From an uncultured Chloroflexia bacterium (lineage in GTDB: Bacteria > Chloroflexota > Anaerolineae > Anaerolineales > UBA11579), in contig CAVROH010000016.1 in the NCBI GenBank assembly GCA_963722735.1, forward strand, positions 127,962 through 191,961: 64,000 nt of DNA, in the 5' to 3' direction. Of the stretch, positions 34,179-43,613 are shown one piece after another. Within the stretch, counting starts at the first letter, position 1, and each line of letters begins with the position of its first letter. A model generated the notes under the pieces. It had not been told where the DNA came from. It did no database searches and saw only the letters and a list, made by a program, of their open reading frames with translations. Position numbers and translations under genes: made by a program.

Positions 34179-35315
34179 ATGGTCACAGTAGAAATGATTG
34201 ACACCAGCGACCGCCGGCAGGTAAAGCGGTTCATCGATATCCAATTCAAGCTGTATCAGGACTGCCCCCAGTGGGTTCCTCCGATCCTGATCGACCGGCG
34301 GGCGCAGCTGAATAAAAAGAAACACCCCTTCTACGAACATTCCGAAGCCGACTTCTTCATCGCCGTCAAAGATGGCGAGGATGTCGGCTGCATCGCAGCG
34401 CTGATCAATAAACCCTACAATCAATACCAGAACAAGAAGCAGGCCTCCTTCTACCTGTTCGACACGATCGACGACCAGGAAGTGGCAGACGCCTTGTTCA
34501 AGGCAGTCTTCGAGTGGGCAAAGGAGCGCGGTATGACCCAGGTGGTCGGCCCGAAAGGCTTTGGCCCGCTGGACGGGTACGGCATCCAGACAATGGGTTT
34601 CGAGCACCGCCAGATGATGACCATGATGCATTACAACTATGACTATTATCCCGTGATGATGGAAAATCTCGGTTTCCGCAAAGAAGTGGATTTCCTCTCG
34701 GACTATTTCGACATCAGCAAGGTGAAGGAACTCTTCCCGGAGCGGATCCACCGCATCGCCGACCGGGTGCAGCAGCGCGGCACATTGAAGGTCAAGCGCT
34801 TCAAGAACAAAAAAGAGCTGGCTGCCTGGGGGCAGCGGATCGGCGAGGCATATAACAACGCTTTTGTCAACAACTGGGAGTATTACCCGCTCTCCAAATG
34901 GGAGATCGATTTTGTGGTCGAGAATATCCTGGTGATCGCCGACCCGAAGCTGTTCAAGATCATCATCCACGGGGATGAGGTGGTCGGTTTCCTGTTCTCG
35001 TTCAAGGATATCTCCAAAGCGCTGCAGCGCAGCAAGGGGCGGATGTTCCCGTTTGGCATTCTCCATATCCTGTGGGAACTCAACCACACCGAGTGGATCT
35101 CATTCAACGGCACCGGAATTTTGCCGGAATACCGGGGGGTTGGCGGCAACGCCCTGATGTACTCCGAGATGGCGAAATCCATGGATGAGTACCCCTTCGT
35201 GCACGGCGATCTGCCCCAGGTGGCGGAGACGACCAAAGAAATGCGCGCCGACCTGGAGAACCTGGGGGGCGTGCCATACAAGAATCACAGGGTCTACATC
35301 ACAGAAATTCCATGA
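34179..35315 (+). CDS. ~378-aa double-GNAT-like protein, paralog A
   Basis: Intact ORF with GAGGAG upstream. The conserved N-terminus is FIDIQFKLYQDCPQWVPPIL. The C-terminal acetyl-CoA-type motif is GILPEYRGVGGNALMY (GNAT motif A). Confidence 0.7.
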   Translation: MVTVEMIDTSDRRQVKRFIDIQFKLYQDCPQWVPPILIDRRAQLNKKKHPFYEHSEADFFIAVKDGEDVGCIAALINKPYNQYQNKKQASFYLFDTIDDQEVADALFKAVFEWAKERGMTQVVGPKGFGPLDGYGIQTMGFEHRQMMTMMHYNYDYYPVMMENLGFRKEVDFLSDYFDISKVKELFPERIHRIADRVQQRGTLKVKRFKNKKELAAWGQRIGEAYNNAFVNNWEYYPLSKWEIDFVVENILVIADPKLFKIIIHGDEVVGFLFSFKDISKALQRSKGRMFPFGILHILWELNHTEWISFNGTGILPEYRGVGGNALMYSEMAKSMDEYPFVHGDLPQVAETTKEMRADLENLGGVPYKNHRVYITEIP

Positions 35316-35382
35316 GGCAATCGATCATAAATTTTCACAGTTGAACAAATTCAAATTACACTAATAACAATCTGGATACAAT

Positions 35383-36516
35383 ATGCAGATTCGGAAAATT
35401 GACCTCAATTCCAGGCGCGATGTGCGCAAGTTTGTGATGTTCCCATATCACCTATACCGGAAGAGTGACCACTGGGTGCCGCCGTTGATCTCCAGCGAGA
35501 AGACCCGGCTAAATCCGGCGGCACACCCGTTTTACCAGCACTCCACCTGCGATTTTTTCCTGGTAGAGGACCAGCGCGGCAAGGTTCTGGGCCGCGTCGG
35601 TTTGCAGCATAACATCCGCCACAACGAGCAGCTTGGCTTGAATAACGGGATCGTCAGTTTCTTAGAGGTGGTGGAAGACCAGGAGGCGGCCAATCTGCTA
35701 TTTGAGACGTCTGAAGACTGGGCCCGGGGGAAAGGCTTTTCCCAACTGGAAGGGCCTAAAGGACTGCTCAACACAGAGTCTGGCGGGGTATTGATCGAAG
35801 GATTTGAGCACGATCCGGCGATGAATGTGCCTTACAACTACCCCTATTACCAGCAATTCTTTGAGGACGCCGGCTATTACAAGAAGCGGGACAGCCTCTC
35901 CGGCTATCTGGATGCGACCAAAGTCGATGTGCCCGATCGGGTGCGCCAGATTGCCAAACGGGTTATGAAGAGACGCGGCTACTCGATCAAACACTTTGAA
36001 ACCAAGGACGAGATGCGGGCGATGGTCAAGCAAGCCCAGTCGGTTCTGAACGAGTCCTTCCAGGATGGGGTCAGCTTCGTGGAGATGACTGATGCCGAAT
36101 TCAATATGGCCGCCGAAGATCTGATCACGATCGCCGATCCAAAACTGATCAAAGTGGTGATGAAGGACAATAAAATCATCGGCTATCTGTTCGCTTACCA
36201 CGACCTGCGTGAGGGGCTGAAACGAGCCCGCGGGCGGTTATTCCCATTTGGCTGGTGGTATCTGACGCAGGATACCAAAAAAACCGTGTGGATCAACATC
36301 AACGGCCTGGGCGTGCTGCCGGAGTATCAGGGGATGGGCGCTAACGCGATCATGTATATGGCGCTGGGAGATACAGTCAAGGGCGAATATCAGCAGTTTA
36401 AGCATGCCGATACAGTCTTCATTGGCGAGGAGAACTTCAAGAGCTTCTCCGATAATGTCACTATGGGGGTCAACTGGTATAAACGTCACCGCATGTATGT
36501 AAAGGATCTGAAATAG
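35383..36516 (+). CDS. ~377-aa double-GNAT-like protein, paralog B
   Basis: Same architecture as 34179-35315: FVMFPYHLYRKSDHWVPPLI ... GVLPEYQGMGANAIMY. It lies in tandem, 67 nt downstream. Confidence 0.7.
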   Translation: MQIRKIDLNSRRDVRKFVMFPYHLYRKSDHWVPPLISSEKTRLNPAAHPFYQHSTCDFFLVEDQRGKVLGRVGLQHNIRHNEQLGLNNGIVSFLEVVEDQEAANLLFETSEDWARGKGFSQLEGPKGLLNTESGGVLIEGFEHDPAMNVPYNYPYYQQFFEDAGYYKKRDSLSGYLDATKVDVPDRVRQIAKRVMKRRGYSIKHFETKDEMRAMVKQAQSVLNESFQDGVSFVEMTDAEFNMAAEDLITIADPKLIKVVMKDNKIIGYLFAYHDLREGLKRARGRLFPFGWWYLTQDTKKTVWININGLGVLPEYQGMGANAIMYMALGDTVKGEYQQFKHADTVFIGEENFKSFSDNVTMGVNWYKRHRMYVKDLK

Positions 36517-36662
36517 CGTGGGGTCAAAGGCGGGGGGGGTAGTAAAGAATTACAGATACGATCATAGTTACGACTAGGGATATTTAGAAGATGGAATCCT
36601 GGCAGGAGATCGCTTTACCCCTTCGGAGATCGCAAGGACACAATAAATTAATCAGAATCAAA

Positions 36663-36694
36663 ACAGGGAGCCCGGTCGGTTGACGACTCCCTGT
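36663..36694. terminator. hairpin shared by the convergent paralog-B and HD-GYP genes
   Basis: ACAGGGAG (36663-36670) pairs with CTCCCTGT (36687-36694) across a 16-nt loop. T-rich tracts follow on both strands. Confidence 0.5.
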
Positions 36695-36715
36695 TCGTTT
36701 TCAGGCACCTTGCCC

Positions 36716-37816
36716 CTAAGTGCCCGAGGCTACCATTTCCAGGAAGATTTCGGTTACACGAGGATCGAAGTGAATGCCCTGCTGGCTGCGGATGTAGCTG
36801 ATCACGTGGTTACGCTCAAATTTCTTCCGGTACGGCCGGTCGACGAGCATGGCATCCCAGACATCTACAATTGAGAAGATGCGCGCCGAGAACGGGATCT
36901 CTTCCTGCTTGAGACCCAGGGGATAGCCGCTTCCATCCCATTTCTCATGATGGGAAGAAGGAATCTCCAGCACTTCCTCAGGGATATCAAAATCCTTCAA
37001 CAGATCCTTGACGATGCGGGGATGGAGCTGCATGATCTTCCACTCCGAATCGGATAATGAGCTGGGTTTATAGAGAATCTCATCCGGGATGACGATCTTG
37101 CCAATATCATGCAGCAGCGCACCCCGGCGGAAATTCTTGAGAGCTTCGTCATCCAATTTCAACATGCGGGCCAACTTGACCGCCAGACCAGCAACGCGGA
37201 TGGTATGGCTGCGGGTTTCCTTATCCCGTTTATCCAACAAGTTCACCCAGCTATCGATGATCTCGTCGAGAGCAAGCTCACTGGGAGCAGCTTTCACCAA
37301 CCCTGTGACCGTGTCATGGAACTGTGGTGAGGATAAACTGCGGTTGATCACCTGCCCGGCTGAATTGGCCTCTGTCAGCCCCCGGAAAAACATCAGCCAG
37401 TAGCCGCTGGTGGCGAGAAAATCATTCACCCGATAAATGCGTAAATACTGGTAACCAGCCTGGTTGACCAAAGTCTGCATTTTAGGCAGACGGGTGACCA
37501 GGTTGTGCAACCTGAGGACATTTCCATTGAATTTCAGCTTATCATTGGCGATCAGGTTGCAAAATTTTGAAACCTCGTATTCCACAGAAGGCAGGATCGG
37601 TGAGAAGCCAACGGCTGAGGAGATGTAATAGGCATCTGGGGGGCGTGAGAAGATTACCATGCCGCCATCCACCTGCAGATTTCGCAATAGGGCAAGATGA
37701 TATGAATCCGAGAAAGCCACACTGGCAAAAGGCAGCGGGATCGATTCAATGAACGATTCCTTGGATTCAATGATCGTGGCCCCATTGGAAGCAGGTTGTT
37801 GATGTGGCATAGACAT
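36716..37816 (-). CDS. HD-GYP domain protein (c-di-GMP phosphodiesterase type) with an uncharacterised ~175-aa N-terminal domain
   Basis: HTIRVAGLAVKLA ... GALLHDIGKIVIPDEIL ... HHEKWDGSGYPLGL ... IVDVWDAM are the HD and GYP motifs. Confidence 0.85.
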   Translation of the reverse strand: MSMPHQQPASNGATIIESKESFIESIPLPFASVAFSDSYHLALLRNLQVDGGMVIFSRPPDAYYISSAVGFSPILPSVEYEVSKFCNLIANDKLKFNGNVLRLHNLVTRLPKMQTLVNQAGYQYLRIYRVNDFLATSGYWLMFFRGLTEANSAGQVINRSLSSPQFHDTVTGLVKAAPSELALDEIIDSWVNLLDKRDKETRSHTIRVAGLAVKLARMLKLDDEALKNFRRGALLHDIGKIVIPDEILYKPSSLSDSEWKIMQLHPRIVKDLLKDFDIPEEVLEIPSSHHEKWDGSGYPLGLKQEEIPFSARIFSIVDVWDAMLVDRPYRKKFERNHVISYIRSQQGIHFDPRVTEIFLEMVASGT

Positions 37817-37845
37817 GATGTTCCTACTTTTGCATTGGCCTAAAT

Positions 37846-38073
37846 TTAGATAGCCTGGTCTATAATCGCATACAACCCCTGAATGAATTGTCCAACATTT
37901 TTAGCCCGGATATTCATGACTTCCTGCTGGACAAACTCTGGCAGGGGGTATTCCTGAATTTTCTGGGAGCGTTTTCCGTTGAGAACACCGGCTTTGAAAT
38001 CTTCATCGATCAAAGCGCGGGTCGCAATCGCATTAAGGTGAGCTTTTGAAGCTATTTGAGTTTGAGCAAGCAT
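37846..38073 (-). CDS. 75-aa small protein resembling NHLP-clan (nitrile-hydratase-leader-like) small proteins
   Basis: The ATG at 38073 is preceded by GGAGGG. The core RALIDEDFKAGVLNGKRSQKIQEYPLPEFVQQEVMNIRAKNVGQFIQGL follows the RAL.D..F...LL......L..Y.L.......L..I.A.....F pattern I associate with that clan. This assignment is from memory only. The track ORF with a TTG start at 38109 is the alternative. Confidence 0.45.
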   Translation of the reverse strand: MLAQTQIASKAHLNAIATRALIDEDFKAGVLNGKRSQKIQEYPLPEFVQQEVMNIRAKNVGQFIQGLYAIIDQAI

Positions 38074-38077
38074 TTTC

Positions 38078-38233
38078 TTACCCTCCAATACCACCAGGGG
38101 CTGGGCCAAGGGTAGCCATCACATCAGTGCCTGAAATCAGGCTGGATGCGAGTACCAATGAAATGAATACAATCCTGATCACCAGGGATAATTTACCGGA
38201 AACAATTAGTTGTTTGAATTTGGCAGCGTACAT
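38078..38233 (-). CDS. 51-aa membrane-anchored peptide (below the ORF-track size cutoff)
   Basis: Hand translation gives MYAAKFKQLIVSGKLSLVIRIVFISLVLASSLISGTDVMATLGPAPGGIGG. AAGGAG lies 7 nt upstream of the ATG at 38233. The stop at 38078-38080 is 4 nt before the next ATG. Confidence 0.4.
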   Translation of the reverse strand: MYAAKFKQLIVSGKLSLVIRIVFISLVLASSLISGTDVMATLGPAPGGIGG

Positions 38234-38392
38234 TTCTTTCTCCTTAAATAGTTTTCATCATTTTAGTGGACATGTTATGAACGAAGTTCTGAACAAATTC
38301 GGGTTATTTACCTCCTTTCTTCTCAAAACGAGCGTACCTTGCTTTTTTGTCAGGTTTTTCCAGGCAATCTGATCCAAAGATGCGCAGATACT

Positions 38393-38429
38393 TAAACAAA
38401 AATTGGGCTGGTGATGAAGATACCAGCCC
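38393..38429 (-). terminator. intrinsic terminator after the ANT(6) gene
   Basis: The minus strand reads GGGCTGGT-ATCTTCATC-ACCAGCCC followed by AATTTTTGTTT. Confidence 0.65.
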
Positions 38430-38492
38430 CCCTTCTTTCCTTGTTAAGGCGAATGGATAATTAGGATAATGTGATCAGGATGCCATTGCACT

Positions 38493-39368
38493 TCAGGGAT
38501 CGAAGCTGGATACATCTGGCGGCAATGTCTGGATCAAGGCAATAAATTCCGTTACGCGTAAATCATCCTGATGTGGATACGAAAATCCAAAATGATGGGC
38601 AACATCCTGGGCAATGCGACGGAACAAATCTCCCATAGTATATAACGATTCCCATACATTTTCGGAATTTGCACCCGAAAAACAGGATTTCAGCACCCCC
38701 CAGAGGTCATAGTTAAATTGCTGTTCGAAGAAGCGGCCCAGTTTACCCGGTGAGCGGGAAAAATCTGTTTGGATTCCGTAATACCAGGTGAGCATTTTTC
38801 GCAATTCCCCATGGAGGATTACATCCTGGTAATATTTGGGGGCAATCATCTCTCTTCGCCAGAGACCTTTGGCTGTATAGGGCATCAACCACCAGAATTC
38901 ATTGCAGCAATCATCGAATTGTTTCTCTGTGGGCGGCACTGGCAGATACCCGAGATCACTCGGAGGCAGAATTTTTCCGCAGCGGTCGTCCTTGTCGAGG
39001 AGGATTTTACTGAGGCCATCGCCTTGCAGGGCTTCCTTCAGCTGTGATAGCAAGCAAAAAGTGAGGTCAATCCGGTTCCCATCGGTAAACTGCATCAGAT
39101 ACGCATAGCTGGATGTACTTCGGCTGGCAGCATCGCCCATTTCGTCAGGCAACTGGTAGATAATCGTATCGCCAAAATAACGGATGATCGCAGGGTTGTG
39201 AATATAGGGGGCAATATCATCGACAAAATAAACAACATCGAAATCCTGGAAGATATCTCTGGGCATATTGGGGTTAACCCGCGACCCATTCAAGACCACT
39301 GCCCGGATGCGCTCGTCGCTGCGGGCTAATTCTAGGATCAGATCAAACATCAGGGCTTCGCTGCGCAC
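38493..39368 (-). CDS. aadK: aminoglycoside 6-nucleotidyltransferase family protein (ANT(6)/AadK-like)
   Basis: Alignable by eye along its length with Bacillus AadK as I recall it: ERIRAVVLNGSRVNPNMPRDIFQDFDVVYFV, GNRIDLT, LLDKD and FDDCCNEFWW. It starts 21 nt after the stop of the upstream regulator gene. Confidence 0.85.
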   Translation of the reverse strand: MRSEALMFDLILELARSDERIRAVVLNGSRVNPNMPRDIFQDFDVVYFVDDIAPYIHNPAIIRYFGDTIIYQLPDEMGDAASRSTSSYAYLMQFTDGNRIDLTFCLLSQLKEALQGDGLSKILLDKDDRCGKILPPSDLGYLPVPPTEKQFDDCCNEFWWLMPYTAKGLWRREMIAPKYYQDVILHGELRKMLTWYYGIQTDFSRSPGKLGRFFEQQFNYDLWGVLKSCFSGANSENVWESLYTMGDLFRRIAQDVAHHFGFSYPHQDDLRVTEFIALIQTLPPDVSSFDP

Positions 39369-39389
39369 TCAACTACCTCCCGGGATCGA

Positions 39390-42300
39390 TCAACTAAGCT
39401 GTTGATAGAATTCTTTAAGACTGGGATCAGGCTCCATTCCCATTTCTTCCTTCAGGGTAGCCTGGTAGCGTTTGTAATGTTTCCGCGCTCCCTTTTTATC
39501 TCCCAGGGCAGCCAAACACTGAATGATCCTGAGATGATAATCGTCCTGGTAAGGATCGAAATCTATCGCCCGCTGGTAGATCTCAAGTGCAGTTTGTAAT
39601 TTGCGTTTCTCATAATAATCTTCACCCATCTCACCGAGGATCTGACGGAAGCGGCTCTGAAGCTCAAAGCGGCGTTTATCCGCCCAGGGCATGTCAATAT
39701 CTTCGAGAAAATCGGTCTGGTAGAGTTCCACAACCCGGCGCATGGTCGTACGGCGTTCGACGGAAGCGTCCAGCTCATCCAGGTCTGACAACAGCTTCTC
39801 GACTTCATCCACATCATAATAGATCTGAGCTTCAGGAGAGAACTGATAATATCCATCCTGGAAGACAATGATTGTCTTGCTTCCCAGAGCTTTGCGCACC
39901 CGCCACAGGGTTGCATGAAAATTACTGTTGATCTTGGCCTGGGAGAAATCCGGCCAGAAGGCCAGGGCAATCTCATCCTTGGTGACCTTCTTGCGGTCGA
40001 GGATCAAATAGAACAAAGCCCGCGCACCTACAGAACTCCATGCTCGGTGAGGCAGATTGCTCCCGTTCAACCGAATCCGCCCCTGGTCCAGCCCAAAGAC
40101 ATTCAATTGTACAGATTCCTCTTCTTCTTCCTGCTTCTCCGTTATCAAATCGTCTAAGGTCGGCAAAGACTGATTTGCTCTTTGGATCATGGAGTCAGCC
40201 TGAGGTGAATGGAGCTTTATAATCTGATCACCGATGGTGTCGAAATTGCTACGAATAGCATTTACTAAGAACTGGTCATAACCCAGAATAGCCGTGACCT
40301 CCAAAGCCTTTTGTAAATACTCCAAAGCCAGATCATCTGAACCCTCGTTGCGTAGAAGAATGGCATAGTAGAAATGCAATTCGACCTGATTTTGGGAGGC
40401 AGATATTTTTTCTTCCTCAATTTTTTTCTGAAGAGAGGAGAAGATATTTTGTGCAAGGCCTGATTGTCCCATAGCCAGGTAGAGCCTGGCAAAGCGCAGC
40501 TGATAAGGAAACTCCTCAATGTCCCCTTTCTGGATCCTTGCTAGCTCTCGGATATGATACATTGCAGAAGTAAAATCCTGTTTATGGATCTCAATCTCAA
40601 TCATTCCAGAGAAAGCATCAGCCTGGGCGGCCAGTTCATTATGTTTCTCTGCGTGCTGACTCGCATACTGATAAAAATCCTCAGCCTGCTTCCACTCACC
40701 AAGTTCCCGGAGTAAATCAGCCTGACCGTTGTAAATATACGCCATCAACCGACTATTGTTATTGTATTTTGCTACCTCCAGACCCTGGAGGTAATGCACC
40801 CACGCTTCTGAATACTTTCCCATCAAGAAGTTTAGATACGCATAATTATTATGCCCGGTAGCTAAGTCTGTGAAATTTGTTCTGGTCCTGCGAGCAAGAT
40901 CAAGGGCTTCCCGGTAACTGACCTGGGCCTCGAAAATATCTCCAGCATCAATAGCAATAAAGCCAATATCCGCCAGAGTCATAACCAACTCATGTGCCTG
41001 GCGCGGATGAAAGGTCTCCTCCAACATCTCTCGAAGAGCATTGGCGGCTTGCTTCAAACATGTCAGGGCGGCGTCAGGGTTTCCAAGAAAATACGAGGTC
41101 ATCCCTTTCAAGCGTTCAGCCTGATACCAGTAATAGCGGTCCAATCCGAATTCCTCAACTTTTTCCTGAACCGATTTAGCCCAATTTGCAGCCTCCTGGT
41201 AATGACCCGAAAACCGCAATACCATCCCCCGGCTAACCATTAGATTGCAGTAAGTATTATGATCGCCGTTCGCGATCAAAATCTCTTCAGCAATATCCAT
41301 AAGTTCAAGGGCCAGATCGAATTCACCTCGGGTAACCTTGTATTTTGCCATGTTCAGCAACAGATCCGGGGCGTGGACGACCAACTCCGGGGCGTCGGCG
41401 ATCTGGGCATACCACTCCTCCAGCAGCCGGGCCTGCCCAGAGAGATAGATCTCACCGGACACCTGATCGACCAGGGATACAGCAGAAGCCCGATCCTCAG
41501 CAAGGAAGTAATGAGAGATCGCCTTGACCAGTTGGCTTTCCTGCTGGTACCAGCGGGCAATGCAACCATGCAGTTCTGGCAGCCGCTCCGGGTAAGTCTC
41601 CGCCAGCCTGCCCTGCAGGAATTCCGAAAACAGTTGGTGGTAGCGGTAATGGGTTTCTACCTTGGATTCGGACGAGGACGAGAGGAAAAGGTTAAGCTCA
41701 TCGAGTTGTTTGATGATCTTCCTGGCATCCTTGATCCCAAGGATATGATTAGCCAGCGGGATGGAAAATTCATCTACCAGGCTGGTCGCGAAGAGGAAAT
41801 CGATCAGGGACTCCGGCAGGGAATGGATAACCTCATCTGCCAGGTAGGTATAGACATGCTCTCTGGCTCCTGTGATCTTAGGAATCTCGAGGGTGAGGTT
41901 CTCAGAACGCAGCGCCAGCAAAATCGCCACGATCCAACCTTCGGCCTGGTCCAGGATCGCTTTAGACTGATCTGGAGTAAGCTGGATGTGGTAATACTTC
42001 CAGCACAGCTCTACGATCTCCTCCTGGCGGAACTTGAGGTCTCCTTCACCGATAATGGCTAGCTGTTCCTGGACGTAAAGCAGGGCAGTCGGGATGCCAT
42101 AGACATTGCGGGAACCGATTAGGATGCGCAGGTGATCGGGAAGGTAATTGATGAAGGCCTCGATGAAAATCTGCGATCTCCGGTTCGTCAGAGACGAGGT
42201 GGTAATCATCGAGGACGAAGATACTGAAATCCTGAAGGGTTTCTTCGAGCTGGTTGACCAATCGATAGGCTAATTCCTGGGGAGAAGGAAGCCCTTGCTC

Positions 42301-42597
42301 CAGAGAGAGGGCGAGGTCATTGCCAAATTCTGGGTGGTGAAGCTGGAAGGACTGAAGGACATTCTCGTAGAAGATCGCCAGATTATTATCTTCCGAGGTG
42401 ATGCGGTACCAGTAAACCACTGCATCGATATCCTCGGCAAAATCCACCAGAAGGGTTGTCTTGCCGTACCCGGCCGGGGCGCAGACAAATAACACCTTGC
42501 GGTGGATATTGTTATGCAAGGTGTCAAGCAATCTCAGACGGTGAAGGGTTCTCGGCTGCCGGCGCGGTGGCACCAGCTTGACATTTGGGGAGAGCAT
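39390..42597 (-). CDS. large STAND-type regulator: MalT-like N-terminal P-loop NTPase, helical/TPR region, and C-terminal winged-helix plus BTAD (SARP-type) module; one apparent frameshift near 42180
   Basis: ORF 42046-42597 reads LVPPRRQPRTLHRLRLLDTL ... VCAPAGYGKTTLL ... FVLDDYHLV (Walker A and B). ORF 39390-42209 continues IFIEAFINYLPDHLRILIGSRN, then repeated TPR-like helices. It ends with RIRLNG ... ARALFYLILDRKKVTKDEIALAFWPD ... FHATLWRVRKAL (OmpR/SARP wHTH) and a BTAD-like end (YQTDFLEDIDMPWADKRRFELQ ... YQRAIDFDPYQDDYH). Confidence 0.8.
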
Positions 42598-42707
42598 CTC
42601 GCTGCCTTTCCAGGCTGGTTAATTAAAAAGCGATCACAGTGTATCGAGATTCAAATAGCTTATAATTTATTATATACAAAGATTGATAATAACGGGTGAA
42701 AGTGGGG

Positions 42708-43586
42708 TTATTTACGCCCAGGCTGACGAGAATGGAGCCATCCTTCGACAGCAAAGATTATTAATGCCAACCAGACGATACTGAACCCGATCAATCTCTG
42801 GGTAGAAAGGGCCTCCCCAAAGACCACCACCCCAATGAGGAACTGGCCAGTGGGCGCTAGATACTGTAAAATCCCGATCATCGAGAGAGGAATTGCTTGA
42901 GCCGCAGCGGCAAACATCAGGAGTGGGACAGTCGTCACCACCCCGGCGCCGGCCATAAGCAGGTCGGAAGTCAGACCGGTATGCAGAAAAGCGCCATCCC
43001 CGCGCATCTGGGTAAAGATCAGCCAAGCCAGGGCAAACGGGAAGAGGATTCCGGTTTCGAGTGTCATCCCCTGGATGGGGCCAAGCGGGGTGATCTTTTT
43101 GAGCAGGCCGTAGATCCCAAAAGTGAAGGCCAATGAGAGTGAGATCCAAGGGAGAGAACCAACCTGAAAGGCGAGGAAGATCACCCCAATGGCTGCCAGT
43201 CCGATCGGAACCCACTGCCAAAGGCGCAGCCGCTCCTTGAGGAAAACCACACCCAGTGTGACGCTGACCAGCGGATTGATGAAATATCCCAGGCTGGCTT
43301 CAACGATAAAACCGGCATTCACCGCCCATACATAGATTGACCAATTGACACCGATGAGGATGGCGATCAGCAGGAAGGTCCAGCGGATCTTAGGAGAGGA
43401 CGTTTGCTGGCGGAAGCGATCCCAGCGGCGGGTGATGGTCATGATCCCCAGCATGATGAGGAACGACCAAGCGATCCGATGAGCGATCAGCTCCAGAGCA
43501 GGGACATGCTGGAGCCACTTCCAATAAATCGGAAATACCCCCCAAATGATGTATGTGCCAATGCCAAGCCAGATACCACGTTTCAT
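42708..43586 (-). CDS. rarD: EamA/RarD-family transporter
   Basis: GIGTYIIWGVFPIYWKWLQHVPALELIAHRIAWS is the RarD-type N-terminus. The protein has 10 predicted TM segments. Confidence 0.8.
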   Translation of the reverse strand: MKRGIWLGIGTYIIWGVFPIYWKWLQHVPALELIAHRIAWSFLIMLGIMTITRRWDRFRQQTSSPKIRWTFLLIAILIGVNWSIYVWAVNAGFIVEASLGYFINPLVSVTLGVVFLKERLRLWQWVPIGLAAIGVIFLAFQVGSLPWISLSLAFTFGIYGLLKKITPLGPIQGMTLETGILFPFALAWLIFTQMRGDGAFLHTGLTSDLLMAGAGVVTTVPLLMFAAAAQAIPLSMIGILQYLAPTGQFLIGVVVFGEALSTQRLIGFSIVWLALIIFAVEGWLHSRQPGRK

Positions 43587-43613
43587 GTTCTTTTCGGGGA
43601 GGGGATCAAGCTG

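Noticed and set aside
34137-35087. 316-aa ORF on the minus strand
   Set aside because: It is exactly antisense to the well-supported GNAT-like paralog A. Its translation is a low-complexity mix of D, E, H, L and V with no recognisable motif, as expected for a mirror-frame artefact.
36532-36539. G8 homopolymer, considered as a phase-variation tract
   Set aside because: It lies 16 nt downstream of the stop of paralog B, in non-coding sequence between convergent genes, so no reading frame or promoter spacing depends on it.
41259-42062. 267-aa plus-strand ORF
   Set aside because: It is antisense to the STAND regulator and has no motifs.
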